In this document: positions 1 through 9,367 of the stretch, piece by piece | Numbering within the stretch: the stretch's first letter is position 1 | Layout of the letters: every line of letters starts with the position of its first letter | Virus record (IMG/VR): IMGVR_UViG_3300010151_005110 | Coordinates: 1 to 25,089 of that record | Direction: 5' to 3' (one strand) | Source of the DNA: a virus | Taxonomy: Duplodnaviria; Caudoviricetes | Length of the DNA: 25,089 nt | The notes under the pieces: generated by a model | What the model was told of the DNA's origin: nothing | The model's input: only the letters and a program-made list of their open reading frames with translations | Databases searched by the model: none | Translations under genes and position numbers: made by a program

Positions 1-501
1 CCTTGGTTAAATAGAATTATATCTAATCAACTTAAAAATTTAATTAGAAATAATTATAGTAATTATTGTAAACCCTGCCTTAAGTGTGCGGCTGCGGAGC
101 CTGACTCTGCATGCTCCATATATGGAACCCAAGACAATAGGTGTCCTCTTTATAGATCTTGGCTTCTGAAAAAGAAATCTGCCTATGATGTCAAAATGGC
201 ATTACCTCTGGAGAACCATAAAGAGCAAATAAACGAAGTTGAGGTCTCTTCTGCCGATATAGAGTTAGGTATACGAAAACTAAATCAAAAATTAAAAGAA
301 GTTTTAAAGCCTAATGAATGGGTGGTTTACGAAGGGTATTATATAAACAACAAAACAGAACAAGAGATAGCGGAGGTATTAAATTTTAAAACAACGGAGA
401 AGAACAGGACTCCCGGATACAAACAAATTAAAAATATACAAAAATCTATTATAACAAAAGCCAGAAAGATTTTAAGTAAGGATGGGTTAGATTGGATATG
501 A
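1..501 (+). CDS. Sigma-70 family (ECF-like) RNA polymerase sigma factor, 5'-truncated, with Cys-rich insert
   Basis: Frame 1 is open from base 1 (PWLNRIISNQLKNLIRNNY..., resembling ECF region 2 'WL.RIA.N...D..R') into the tracked ORF at 196. LKPNEWVVYEGYYINNKTEQEIAEVLNF resembles the region 4 HTH. The true start lies upstream of the window. Confidence 0.7.
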   Translation, partial: PWLNRIISNQLKNLIRNNYSNYCKPCLKCAAAEPDSACSIYGTQDNRCPLYRSWLLKKKSAYDVKMALPLENHKEQINEVEVSSADIELGIRKLNQKLKEVLKPNEWVVYEGYYINNKTEQEIAEVLNFKTTEKNRTPGYKQIKNIQKSIITKARKILSKDGLDWI

Positions 502-1607
502 TTGATATACCAAAACCAGAAGTACTAACTAACGAGCAAAAGTTTGCGCTTACTTCTGTAAGGGATAGCTTCCTTGCTGAGCAGGACGTAGATATATCTT
601 TAATGCATCTAATACAAGACGTTGCTGGTTTCAAAGGGAAAGACGGAAGAAGCAAAGAAGGCAGAGCCGTGAAGGCGTACTTAAGTGAAATAGACTTCAA
701 TGCGATACCTGCTAGTGAGTACCAAAAAGTAGAGAAGCCTGAGTTATCAGAAGAACAAAAAGAGTTTATTGGAAATAATAGAGGCACAATGAAATATGTT
801 GAGATGTCTCGTATACTATTTAGCAATGACCAGTTGACTAGCCTAAGCGCCGAAACCAGAATGGTCACGGATTACTGCAAGAGCCTAGATGGAGAGGGCT
901 TCGAAGAGTCCGAAGAGGAGGAGATGCTCGAGTATAAGCCACCTAAGCATCCAGATAGAGTGTTAAGTAGAATTAACAAGTTTATTCTAGACAGCGGTAT
1001 AGATAAGGATAAAATAAACCCTAGGCAAAAAAAGAACATAGATAAGCTAATGGGCTATCTTCATACTTTTCGGTTTGTCCATCAAATGAGCAATTACGAC
1101 ACCCAGACAAACAGAGATCTTTTCGAGTCTTCATTTGTTAGATACACGCATGACAAGTCAGACTTGACTCAAGAAGAGGTCGATCAGTACATCGTGCTTT
1201 CTGGCGAAGTAGTGATAGCGTCTAATATACAAAGAAGGGTAGGAAGACTTCAGAGACTTCTGGACGATACCGCTTCTGACAATGAAGGAAGAAGGATTTC
1301 TATGAGTTTGGTTGAGGCTATAAGTACAGCTCAAAACGAATATAACTCATGCGTCAACAGGCAGCATAAACTCCTAAGCGACCTAAAGCAGAAAAGGAGC
1401 GATAGGTTGAGCAAGCAGGTTCACGAAAATGCAAGTATTTTAAATTTAGTTGAGACTTGGAAAGAAGAAGAAGGAAGAAAAGAGCTAATCAGGGTAGCGG
1501 AACTAAGAAAGAAAGTAATAAAAGAGGAGATCAATAATTTATCAACCATGGACGATGTCAAAGCTAGAATATTTGGCCTATCAGATGAGGAGGCTCTAAA
1601 TGGATAA
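498..1607 (+). CDS. Hypothetical helical/coiled-coil protein upstream of the terminase (possible small-terminase-like)
   Basis: Long ORF. ATG at 498 forms an ATGA overlap with the sigma factor stop, so it is preferred over TTG 492. Charged, helical-looking C-terminal half. Function is inferred from position only. Confidence 0.55.
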   Translation: MIDIPKPEVLTNEQKFALTSVRDSFLAEQDVDISLMHLIQDVAGFKGKDGRSKEGRAVKAYLSEIDFNAIPASEYQKVEKPELSEEQKEFIGNNRGTMKYVEMSRILFSNDQLTSLSAETRMVTDYCKSLDGEGFEESEEEEMLEYKPPKHPDRVLSRINKFILDSGIDKDKINPRQKKNIDKLMGYLHTFRFVHQMSNYDTQTNRDLFESSFVRYTHDKSDLTQEEVDQYIVLSGEVVIASNIQRRVGRLQRLLDDTASDNEGRRISMSLVEAISTAQNEYNSCVNRQHKLLSDLKQKRSDRLSKQVHENASILNLVETWKEEEGRKELIRVAELRKKVIKEEINNLSTMDDVKARIFGLSDEEALNG

Positions 1608-2556
1608 ACCCCTAAGTGAATGTATTAAGATGGAGTTTACCTGCAAGGTAGATGGAGAAAAGTTCGATACAGAGAAGCAGCTTCATATGCATCTCCGTAA
1701 ACATAAAATGCGTATGGCGGAATATTATCAGAAGTATTACCCCCGTAGAGATTTGCTGACAGGAGACTTTATTAAATTTAAAAATAAGAGTCACTATTTT
1801 TCTAATCATTTTAATTCTAGAGTAAATATGCGCAAATGGTTGGAGTCTGCCCCCAAGAAAGAGGCGGGAGAGTTTTGTGTTAAGATTCTGAAAGAAAGAA
1901 TACAGAGAAGGCGGATAAAGTATTCGCCAACTCAAGTAGAAATGAGGACGTCAATGATGCCTCCTATATTTTATTACGAAAAGTTATTTGGTAATTTTTA
2001 TAACTTATGCTCGACTATAGGACTTAATCCTAGATTCTCTAAGGTGCCCAATGAAGAGATAAAAGAGAGCATAGAAGAAGGTTACGAAATAATAGTTGAC
2101 ACCAGAGAGCAGAAACCCCTTAATATAAATTACGAGACAAGAAGAGAGGGACTGAAGTTTGCCGATTATTGGCTAGACAAAGAAGATAATAAATGCTACG
2201 TTGAGAGAAAAGAAACGAAAGATTTTATAGGTACCTTCACAGGAGGATGCGAGAGATTCTCGAGAGAATTAGAGAGAGCCAAGGAGCAAGAAGCTTACGT
2301 TGTGGTTGTGGTCGAAAATTCTTTGGACAATATGATGAAATTCAACTACCTCAAATACATAACAAAAAAAATTCAAGTTACCCCAGAGTTTGTAATGAGA
2401 AACGTAAGAGACATAATCCAAAAGCACGATAACGTTCAGTTCCTGTTTGCCAAAGGAAGAACTGAGGCAACTAGGCTTACAAGGAAGTTGTTTTTCTCTG
2501 GCACTAACTATAGGGATGTGGACCTCCAGTTAGCTTATGACTTAAAACTTTTATGA
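1600..2556 (+). CDS. ERCC4 (XPF/Mus81-type) structure-specific nuclease with N-terminal C2H2-like Zn finger
   Basis: IIVDTREQKP, LKFADY, VERKETKDF (ERKxxxD) and RFSRELER...VVVVE match ERCC4 core motifs. N-terminal CKVDGEKF...LHMHLRKH is C2H2-like. Confidence 0.8.
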   Translation: MDKPLSECIKMEFTCKVDGEKFDTEKQLHMHLRKHKMRMAEYYQKYYPRRDLLTGDFIKFKNKSHYFSNHFNSRVNMRKWLESAPKKEAGEFCVKILKERIQRRRIKYSPTQVEMRTSMMPPIFYYEKLFGNFYNLCSTIGLNPRFSKVPNEEIKESIEEGYEIIVDTREQKPLNINYETRREGLKFADYWLDKEDNKCYVERKETKDFIGTFTGGCERFSRELERAKEQEAYVVVVVENSLDNMMKFNYLKYITKKIQVTPEFVMRNVRDIIQKHDNVQFLFAKGRTEATRLTRKLFFSGTNYRDVDLQLAYDLKLL

Positions 2557-2560
2557 ACAA

Positions 2561-4414
2561 ATGTGGTCGAGTCCAGAAAAATACGAAGTAGAAGTTGAAG
2601 ATGTAAACGCTAGGCTAGCCAAGCTTGAAGGTTTCCTTGAGGGAAAAAAAGCTAGAACCACTTTAGCTCAATTTCTGAGAAATAATCTATACTTCACAAC
2701 ATACCTCTTAACCGGCATTAAGCTGGCTCCATACCAAGAGATAACATTACGAGGAATGTTTAATCGTAACTTTAGTATGTGTGTTTGGGGTCGTGGTTGC
2801 GGGAAGTCTTTTATAGCTTCTATATACTGTTTTCTTCAGTGTATTTTCGAGCCCAACACTAAAATCTTAATTGCTGGGCCAACTTTTCGTACTGCTCGTT
2901 TTATTTTCAACAATATAGAAAAAATAGTTGAAACAAAAGAGGCGGCGCTGCTTGCTCAAGCCTTTGGAGCGAAGACCAAAAGAAACGATCAATACGAATG
3001 GAAGATAAATGGTGGAACTATAACCGCCATTCCCCTAAGTGGTGAAAAAATTCGTGGCTTTCGTGCCAACGTACTTGTACTTGACGAGTACCTTCTACTA
3101 CCCGAGGATATTATTAAAAACGTCTTAATGCCGTTCTTGGTTGCTCCTCAGGACATGACAAGAAGAATGCAAATAAGAGAGGTGGAGGACGACCTAATAA
3201 AGCAGGGAGCATTAAAAGAAGAAGACAGGACTAAGTTCGAAAACACCTCCAAGATGATAGCTCTTTCCTCCGCTAGCTATACTTTTGAAAACCTTTATAA
3301 AACGTACCAAGAATGGATAAACAAGATACAGAACAAAGAGGAAGAGTGGGACGCTAAATATTTTGTATCCCAGTTGGGCTATCAGGGCATACCTGAAGAA
3401 ATGATAGACAGTACTATCATCGACGAAGCCTCAGAGGGCGGTTCGTCTCATTATTCTTTTCAGCGAGAGTACTGTGCTCAGTTTACGGATGGGAGCGATA
3501 GCTATTTTAGTGCAAAGAAAATGGATCTATGTACCCTAAAAGGAGACGAGGAACCGAGCACTCTAATGGTAGGAAGAGGGGGGAAAAGGTATGTTTTGGG
3601 AATAGACCCTAATATGAGTGATAGTCCTTCTGCTGACTATTTCGCTATGGCCGTGATGGAGATAGACGATAGTACTGGCCAAGGAACCTTGGTGCATAGT
3701 TATGCAGGTCTAGGGAGTTTAAATAAACATGTAAAATATTTAGCTTATTTACTTCAAGCTTTCAATATCGTTTTTATATGTCTTGATAATGCTGGATCTG
3801 ATACTTTTTTAGATAGCTGTAATGAGTCTCAATTTTTTAAAGACGCTCGCGTAAATTTAAAAATGATCCCTTTGAATGCTGATGCAGAAGGGGAAGATTA
3901 TGAAAAGTCCTTAAAACAGGCAAAGATAAAATATAATTTAGAGAATAATCAAATTTGTTTTAATCAAGTTTTTACAACTACTTTTATTCGTAGAGCTAAT
4001 GAGCATCTTCAAGCTTGCATAGATTATAAAAAGATTTGGTTCGCTTCTAGGACTGCGTCCAACGAGGTGTTTTTCAACAGAACTAGTTCTATAAGATTGC
4101 CATATCCCAGAAAGCTTCTTTTCATTGAAGACCGAAAATCTTGGTCTATGCTTGATTTTATTGAACATCAGGACGATATGATCCATCAAACTAAGAAACA
4201 GTGTAGTTTAGTGGAGCACAAGGCTACAGCACGAGGAGCTCAGAATTTTGACCTACCTCAGCACCTTAAGAGGTCCACATCTCCCAATAAAGCTAGAAAA
4301 GATAATTATTCCGCATTAATGTTGGCAAATTGGGGGCTTAAGCTCTATAACGACATAAATAAGGTCGAAATTAATACTAATAAGGAAACTTTCGAGCCTA
4401 TCATGCTTTTTTAA
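2561..4414 (+). CDS. terL: Terminase large subunit
   Basis: Walker A WGRGCGKS, Walker B VLVLDEY after IRGFRAN, motif III LSSA, FQREYCAQF linker, nuclease motifs LGIDPN and KDNYSA. Confidence 0.93.
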   Translation: MWSSPEKYEVEVEDVNARLAKLEGFLEGKKARTTLAQFLRNNLYFTTYLLTGIKLAPYQEITLRGMFNRNFSMCVWGRGCGKSFIASIYCFLQCIFEPNTKILIAGPTFRTARFIFNNIEKIVETKEAALLAQAFGAKTKRNDQYEWKINGGTITAIPLSGEKIRGFRANVLVLDEYLLLPEDIIKNVLMPFLVAPQDMTRRMQIREVEDDLIKQGALKEEDRTKFENTSKMIALSSASYTFENLYKTYQEWINKIQNKEEEWDAKYFVSQLGYQGIPEEMIDSTIIDEASEGGSSHYSFQREYCAQFTDGSDSYFSAKKMDLCTLKGDEEPSTLMVGRGGKRYVLGIDPNMSDSPSADYFAMAVMEIDDSTGQGTLVHSYAGLGSLNKHVKYLAYLLQAFNIVFICLDNAGSDTFLDSCNESQFFKDARVNLKMIPLNADAEGEDYEKSLKQAKIKYNLENNQICFNQVFTTTFIRRANEHLQACIDYKKIWFASRTASNEVFFNRTSSIRLPYPRKLLFIEDRKSWSMLDFIEHQDDMIHQTKKQCSLVEHKATARGAQNFDLPQHLKRSTSPNKARKDNYSALMLANWGLKLYNDINKVEINTNKETFEPIMLF

Positions 4415-4422
4415 GTGTAATT
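4415..4422 (+). promoter_or_regulatory. Candidate late promoter motif GTGTAATT
   Basis: Lies directly after the terL stop, starting 27 nt before ATG 4442. The same octamer recurs at 14214 and 24294. Confidence 0.55.
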
Positions 4423-4441
4423 AAAGTCGAAATAAGCTCTT

Positions 4442-5575
4442 ATGCCAAACAGAATAACAACCGGTCAAATAGACGAGAGCTCGTTCCTTAAGCTCTTTAA
4501 CACAAAGCTTTCTGGAAGCTCCACCAATCTCTCAGGTTTTTATACACACGACAATGCATCGGGTTTTGTTCCTCTATCGGGCGCAGTGAACTCTATGACA
4601 GGTCATAGTGGAAACATAATGAGTCGAGTTTCTGGGCTGACCTCGAGTGTTTCTGGAGCTTTAGATGTTTCAGGTTTGTTTTTGCGTACTAAGGCTGAGG
4701 ATGTTTCTGGACATGCAGAGAGTTTTACTACTGGAGCAAGTGGGGCTCTTTCAGGTGAAATTAGTGCGGTGTCTGCTCAGTTTACTGGTACTAGTGGAGA
4801 GTTTTTGAAATCCGGTAGTTTACACCACACTGGAAGTGGAGATTTTTCTGTTACTGCTCCGACTGGGGCTCTAGCGTTCTCATCTGGCTATAACGACACT
4901 TTCGGATTTTTTGTAGCAACGGGAGATACGACAAGCAAAAGAGGATGGATGAAACTTCCCGGCCACCCAGAAGTCACGGGCATAGTGGCAGCTAGCAGTG
5001 GTGATATAAGAAGCAGCTTGCAGGCAACAGGAGCAAACTTAAGCAGTTCAGTAACTAATGTTTTAACAGATAGTTCAACCAAATTTTCCGCTAAAAAATC
5101 TTTTGACGCTGGCATAAAAGCGAGCTTGGTAGATTTTAATGGGGTTACCGCTAGGGCAAATGCAAATAAGTCGCTTAGCTTCGACGATGCTAGCGGAGCT
5201 CTAGTGACTATGGTTCCCGGATACGGAGCAGACGCCCCTGTCTTTTCTGTAACTGATAAAGCCGGTCTACCGATTGTAGATGTCTATGATGATGATCGCG
5301 TAAACATTGGACCCTATGGAACTAACCCGTTCAACATAAGCGGGGAGAAAGTTTGCTTAGCTAATTACAGATCTTACTTTAGTGGCTCAAACGTTCATTT
5401 AAGCGGAGACATAACAATTAACGATTTACTAACCGTGAGCGGTTTATCCGGAGGATATGCTATATTTAATAATTTACCTCAACACCCTAATACGGGTGGC
5501 TTAGCAGATGGCACGCTATTCACTAGTGGAGGCGATGGCTCCGCGTTACGTGGAAAACATTTAATGGTGGTTTAA
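4442..5575 (+). CDS. Ser/Gly-rich putative virion fibre/decoration protein
   Basis: 377 aa with more than 20 SG dipeptides. N-terminus MPNRITTGQID is shared with 14230..15081. Beta-rich C-terminus ending LPQHPNTGGLADGTLF...HLMVV resembles fibre ends. Confidence 0.55.
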   Translation: MPNRITTGQIDESSFLKLFNTKLSGSSTNLSGFYTHDNASGFVPLSGAVNSMTGHSGNIMSRVSGLTSSVSGALDVSGLFLRTKAEDVSGHAESFTTGASGALSGEISAVSAQFTGTSGEFLKSGSLHHTGSGDFSVTAPTGALAFSSGYNDTFGFFVATGDTTSKRGWMKLPGHPEVTGIVAASSGDIRSSLQATGANLSSSVTNVLTDSSTKFSAKKSFDAGIKASLVDFNGVTARANANKSLSFDDASGALVTMVPGYGADAPVFSVTDKAGLPIVDVYDDDRVNIGPYGTNPFNISGEKVCLANYRSYFSGSNVHLSGDITINDLLTVSGLSGGYAIFNNLPQHPNTGGLADGTLFTSGGDGSALRGKHLMVV

Positions 5576-5576
5576 A

Positions 5577-7493
5577 ATGACAAAGAAGACAAATAAAGCT
5601 CAAACAGAAGTTCAGCCGATGATGACAAGCTTCGCGGCTTCACCGTATACTACTACTAACCAATCAACGAGGTCGCGGAGGAACGTAGGAGGCCAAATAG
5701 AGAGGACCAATAGGTTTGAAAATATTGATAACGGTTTAATTCCTTACAAGTATTCAAAGGGAGTAAATAATAAAAGCTCTCTTGATGTTAAAGACGTAGT
5801 CATTCTTTGTCAAAAGGCATACTATAATTTTGCTGTATTCAGAAACATCATTGATTTGATGACTGAGTTTTCTTCTACTAATCTTTACTTTACTGGTGGT
5901 AGTCAGAAATCAAGAGATTTCTTAGAAGCTTTGTTTAAGAAGATAGATATGCCAAGTTTTCTGGATAGATTTTTCAGGGAGTATTATAGATCGGGAAATG
6001 TTTTTGTGCATAGGTTTGATACTAAAATACAACCAGAAGATTTAAAAAGAATTACTCAGACTTATGGCGGCAGCAAAATAACCTCTTTAGCAGAAGAAGG
6101 TAAGCTGCCTTCTAGATATGTAATCCTAAACCCCGCTGATATTCAAATGGGAGGCAATATATCTTTCTCCTCTGGCGCATACTATAAGATACTAACTGAC
6201 TACGAATTAGAGAGGCTCAAGAACCCCAGAACAGAAGAAGACCAGCAAGTCTATGATTCATTGGATTCTGAAACTAAAAAAGCCCTAAAAGGGAGGAACC
6301 CGTCCGTGATATCATTGAGCCTTCCTCCAGACAAAGTAACTCCAGTATTTTACAAAAAACAAGACTACGAACCGTTTGCTGTTCCCATGGGTTACCCCGT
6401 TCTGGAAGACATAAACTGGAAATCTGAAATGAAGAAGATGGACATGGCTCTTACTCGCACAACTAGTCAGGCTATCTTGCTTATCACAATGGGTTCGGAG
6501 TTGAAAGACGGGAGTCTCAATATTAATCAAAGAAGTATTGAAACCATGCAGAAACTTTTTGAGAATCAATCCATAGGTAAGGTTCTCGTCTCTGATTATA
6601 CGACTCAGGCTAAATTTGTTATTCCAGATATAGCTGGCATCCTCGATCCTAAAAAGTATAACGTAGTGAATCAAGATATACAAATGGGGCTTAATAATAT
6701 TTTAGTTGGCGAAGATAAGTTTGCTAACACAAGCATTAAGATCCAAGTGTTTATAGAAAGACTCAAGCAAGGTAGAGACGCTTTCATTAATCAGTTTCTC
6801 TGCCATGAAGTAAAGAGAATTTGCAAGTCCCTAGGTTTTAAAAATTATCCAAAAGCTAATTTTGAAGAAATAGAACTGAAAGATAAAACTACTTGGAATA
6901 GGGTTGTTGCTCAGCTCATTCAGTACGGTGTTCTTACTGCTGAGGAAGGCTTAGAGGCGATTAATTCTGGTAGACTTCCCGAACCAGATGAGTCTATAGA
7001 TTCTCAAAAGAGATTTAGAGAGCTAAAAGATCAAGGGTTCTATGCTCCCCTTTTAGGTGGAGGTGGAGATAACGAGGAGTCTTCCAGCAAGCCGCAGAAG
7101 TCTGCCGGTAGGCCAGACGGAACTCCTTCGCCTCAAACGACAAAGAAGGTGACTCCTATCGGAGAGAATACTAGCGGCTCTCAGAAGTTTAGTATAGAAA
7201 AGATAAAACAGAATTTAGCTTTAACAGAGAAGTTAGAAGCTGAAATTCAAGAGCAGCTTAAGCTTAAATACGAGAACAAAAGAGTAACTAATAAAATTAG
7301 AAATATTGCATCTCAGGTGTGCAAGATAGTTATGGCCAACGAATCTTCTGATAAATGGTTAGAGAAAGCCGCTGGATATGTTGATAACCCGGTAGATGCA
7401 AACTCAGGAGTATTACGAGAAATACAGGCTATAGCCCTAGAGCATCAAGTTGATGAATACTTAGCAAGTCTATTATACGCAAGCAAGGTTTAA
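5577..7493 (+). CDS. Portal protein
   Basis: Downstream of terL. Portal-like segments AYYNFAVFRNIIDLMTEFS, FFREYYRSGNVF, YVILNPADI, KKQDYEPFAVPM, and a low-complexity tail containing AGRP. Confidence 0.85.
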   Translation: MTKKTNKAQTEVQPMMTSFAASPYTTTNQSTRSRRNVGGQIERTNRFENIDNGLIPYKYSKGVNNKSSLDVKDVVILCQKAYYNFAVFRNIIDLMTEFSSTNLYFTGGSQKSRDFLEALFKKIDMPSFLDRFFREYYRSGNVFVHRFDTKIQPEDLKRITQTYGGSKITSLAEEGKLPSRYVILNPADIQMGGNISFSSGAYYKILTDYELERLKNPRTEEDQQVYDSLDSETKKALKGRNPSVISLSLPPDKVTPVFYKKQDYEPFAVPMGYPVLEDINWKSEMKKMDMALTRTTSQAILLITMGSELKDGSLNINQRSIETMQKLFENQSIGKVLVSDYTTQAKFVIPDIAGILDPKKYNVVNQDIQMGLNNILVGEDKFANTSIKIQVFIERLKQGRDAFINQFLCHEVKRICKSLGFKNYPKANFEEIELKDKTTWNRVVAQLIQYGVLTAEEGLEAINSGRLPEPDESIDSQKRFRELKDQGFYAPLLGGGGDNEESSSKPQKSAGRPDGTPSPQTTKKVTPIGENTSGSQKFSIEKIKQNLALTEKLEAEIQEQLKLKYENKRVTNKIRNIASQVCKIVMANESSDKWLEKAAGYVDNPVDANSGVLREIQAIALEHQVDEYLASLLYASKV

Positions 7494-7497
7494 AAAA

Positions 7498-8661
7498 ATG
7501 AGTGAAAATACAGAAAATATACAAGACGTTAATCAGTACATGGGATCAGATTCTATAGATATCATCGTTCCGGACATCCCACTTCCCCCAGAAGAACCGG
7601 AGAAAAAAGAAGAAGTAGAAGATACAATTGATGGAGCCTTTAAGTTCGCTTTCATCGGGGCTGGTCAAGGCGGATCTAGAATAGCGGAGACTTTCCATAA
7701 ATTGGGTTATAGAAAAATAGGCATCATCAATACAGCCCAGCAGGACTTAAACAGCGTCAATGTAGACAATAAACTTTGCATAGGTTCTGGAGGAGCGGGC
7801 AAAGATAAATCTGTAGCTAGAAAATGTTTCTCTGAAAAAAGAGATGACGTTTTAGATTTCATGCGTCGATCTTTTGGTGACGATGTAGATAGGGTGTTTG
7901 TTTGTGCTGGCGCTGGAGGAGGTTCTGGAGCAGGAACTTTGGTTCCTTTAGTCGAAACCTGTCAGGAGCTTCACGAAGCTATTGGTGCTGACAGTAAGAA
8001 AGTTGGCGTCATCTTAGCTCTGCCAAAATATTCAGAAGGTAGGAAGGTTAATGCTAACGCTCATGAAACACTCAAAGAGGCATGTGATTTAGTAAAGAAG
8101 GGCACTGTCTCTCCTTTAATAATCATAGATAACGAAAAAACCAGTAAGATATATTCCAATGTTTCTGTTTCTAATTTTTGGCAGACAGCTAACATGAGTA
8201 TGGCTGGAGTTTTTCACCTATTTAATATGACAGCTTCGAAAGATAGTTCTTATTCATCTTTTGATTCTAGCGACTATAAGAGTGTCTTGGATTCTGGCAT
8301 AGTTGTTTTTGGGGCTACCCCAGTTCCGGACTGGAAGGATTCCATTAGTATATCTAGAGCAGTTAGAGGCATAGCTCAAGCAGGGAGTATGTCTGGAGGA
8401 ATAGATATCACAACAGCTAATACAGCTGGGGCTATTTTAATCGGAGGAAAAGAGGTTCTGGATAACGTACCTCAATCTAATCTTGATCAAGCTTTTGATC
8501 AGTTAACTAGAATTTTAAGTTCTGGAAGTGTAGTACATAGGGGCATATATAGCGGAGACAAGGAGAACCTGACTGTCTTTACTATTATTGGCGGTATAGC
8601 GACTCCTGAGGAAAAACTTGACGAATTAATGAAACTCGGGGATTTGGATAAGGCCCCCTAA
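7498..8661 (+). CDS. Tubulin/FtsZ-superfamily GTPase
   Basis: IGAGQGGSRIA (T1), INTAQQDL (T2), GSGGAGKD (T3), AGAGGGSGAG (T4 signature), IIDNEK, SFDSSDYKSVL (T7-like DxxD), and an FtsZ-like C-terminal domain. Confidence 0.9.
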   Translation: MSENTENIQDVNQYMGSDSIDIIVPDIPLPPEEPEKKEEVEDTIDGAFKFAFIGAGQGGSRIAETFHKLGYRKIGIINTAQQDLNSVNVDNKLCIGSGGAGKDKSVARKCFSEKRDDVLDFMRRSFGDDVDRVFVCAGAGGGSGAGTLVPLVETCQELHEAIGADSKKVGVILALPKYSEGRKVNANAHETLKEACDLVKKGTVSPLIIIDNEKTSKIYSNVSVSNFWQTANMSMAGVFHLFNMTASKDSSYSSFDSSDYKSVLDSGIVVFGATPVPDWKDSISISRAVRGIAQAGSMSGGIDITTANTAGAILIGGKEVLDNVPQSNLDQAFDQLTRILSSGSVVHRGIYSGDKENLTVFTIIGGIATPEEKLDELMKLGDLDKAP

Positions 8662-8689
8662 AAAAATATTTCCAAAAATAGAAAAAACA

Positions 8690-8715
8690 ATGTAATTGAT
8701 TGTATATAATAGGAG
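8690..8715 (+). promoter_or_regulatory. Candidate late promoter (ATGTAATT) plus Shine-Dalgarno AGGAG
   Basis: ATGTAATT at 8690-8697, TATAAT at 8705-8710 and AGGAG at 8711-8715 precede ATG 8725. Confidence 0.5.
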
Positions 8716-8724
8716 AAATTTAAA

Positions 8725-9336
8725 ATGGCAAACAAGGATCATGCATATATCGTAAGTACGAATGGAAGTAAACTTTCACAGTTAACTAGTGGAACTCACG
8801 CTGTCGGAGCGCTCGGCGCAGGCAAGATAAAGTTTATAAAACACGGAGCGTCGACCATAAAGAGCGTATCAGAGGTCGACGGAGGTGGAGTAACGGGAAT
8901 CGTTATTCCGTTACATGGAGCAACAATTGGTTCGATAGAGAACAACGTTACTCTTACTCACGAGCCGAAAAACATCATTGGAGATCCGGCTGTGTCACAA
9001 TATGCTCTGACTTCCGGAGATTTATTCACAGAGGCTGGTGTCGAGAAAGACGGTGGAGCTCAGAAGTTTGTTAATGCTGTTCTTGATGGTGCATATAGAG
9101 CTTATACCTCGGGTGTGGCTCAGGCTAGCGGTTTGAATAGTATGACCGTAACCAGAGGCGACCTTAGTTTGGCTAGTACCGCCGTCAATGATGGAACAGG
9201 TATTGTGAATACTTATACCAGATCTTACACAGTGAATTTTAAGTATTATCAATCAGGAACTATTAACGTTTCTGGGGAACTTACCCCAGCTAATCCTGAT
9301 ATTGCTAACGATAATTCTGGTGGTGTCCCGTTCTAA
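8725..9336 (+). CDS. Hypothetical, probably abundant virion structural protein
   Basis: 203 aa, rich in G/T/S/V/A, strong RBS, followed by a terminator. No family recognised. Confidence 0.55.
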   Translation: MANKDHAYIVSTNGSKLSQLTSGTHAVGALGAGKIKFIKHGASTIKSVSEVDGGGVTGIVIPLHGATIGSIENNVTLTHEPKNIIGDPAVSQYALTSGDLFTEAGVEKDGGAQKFVNAVLDGAYRAYTSGVAQASGLNSMTVTRGDLSLASTAVNDGTGIVNTYTRSYTVNFKYYQSGTINVSGELTPANPDIANDNSGGVPF

Positions 9337-9367
9337 TATGACTAAAACATAAGTTTCCCTATTTAAG

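Noticed and set aside
2561-4414. Intein or intron in terL, or stop-codon reassignment in the genome
   Set aside because: TerL motifs are contiguous at a normal length, and genes tile the strand densely under the standard code.
7498-8661. Host cell-division ftsZ, implying a cellular locus
   Set aside because: No dcw cluster neighbours, no FtsZ C-terminal linker and core peptide, and it is flanked by portal and head genes.
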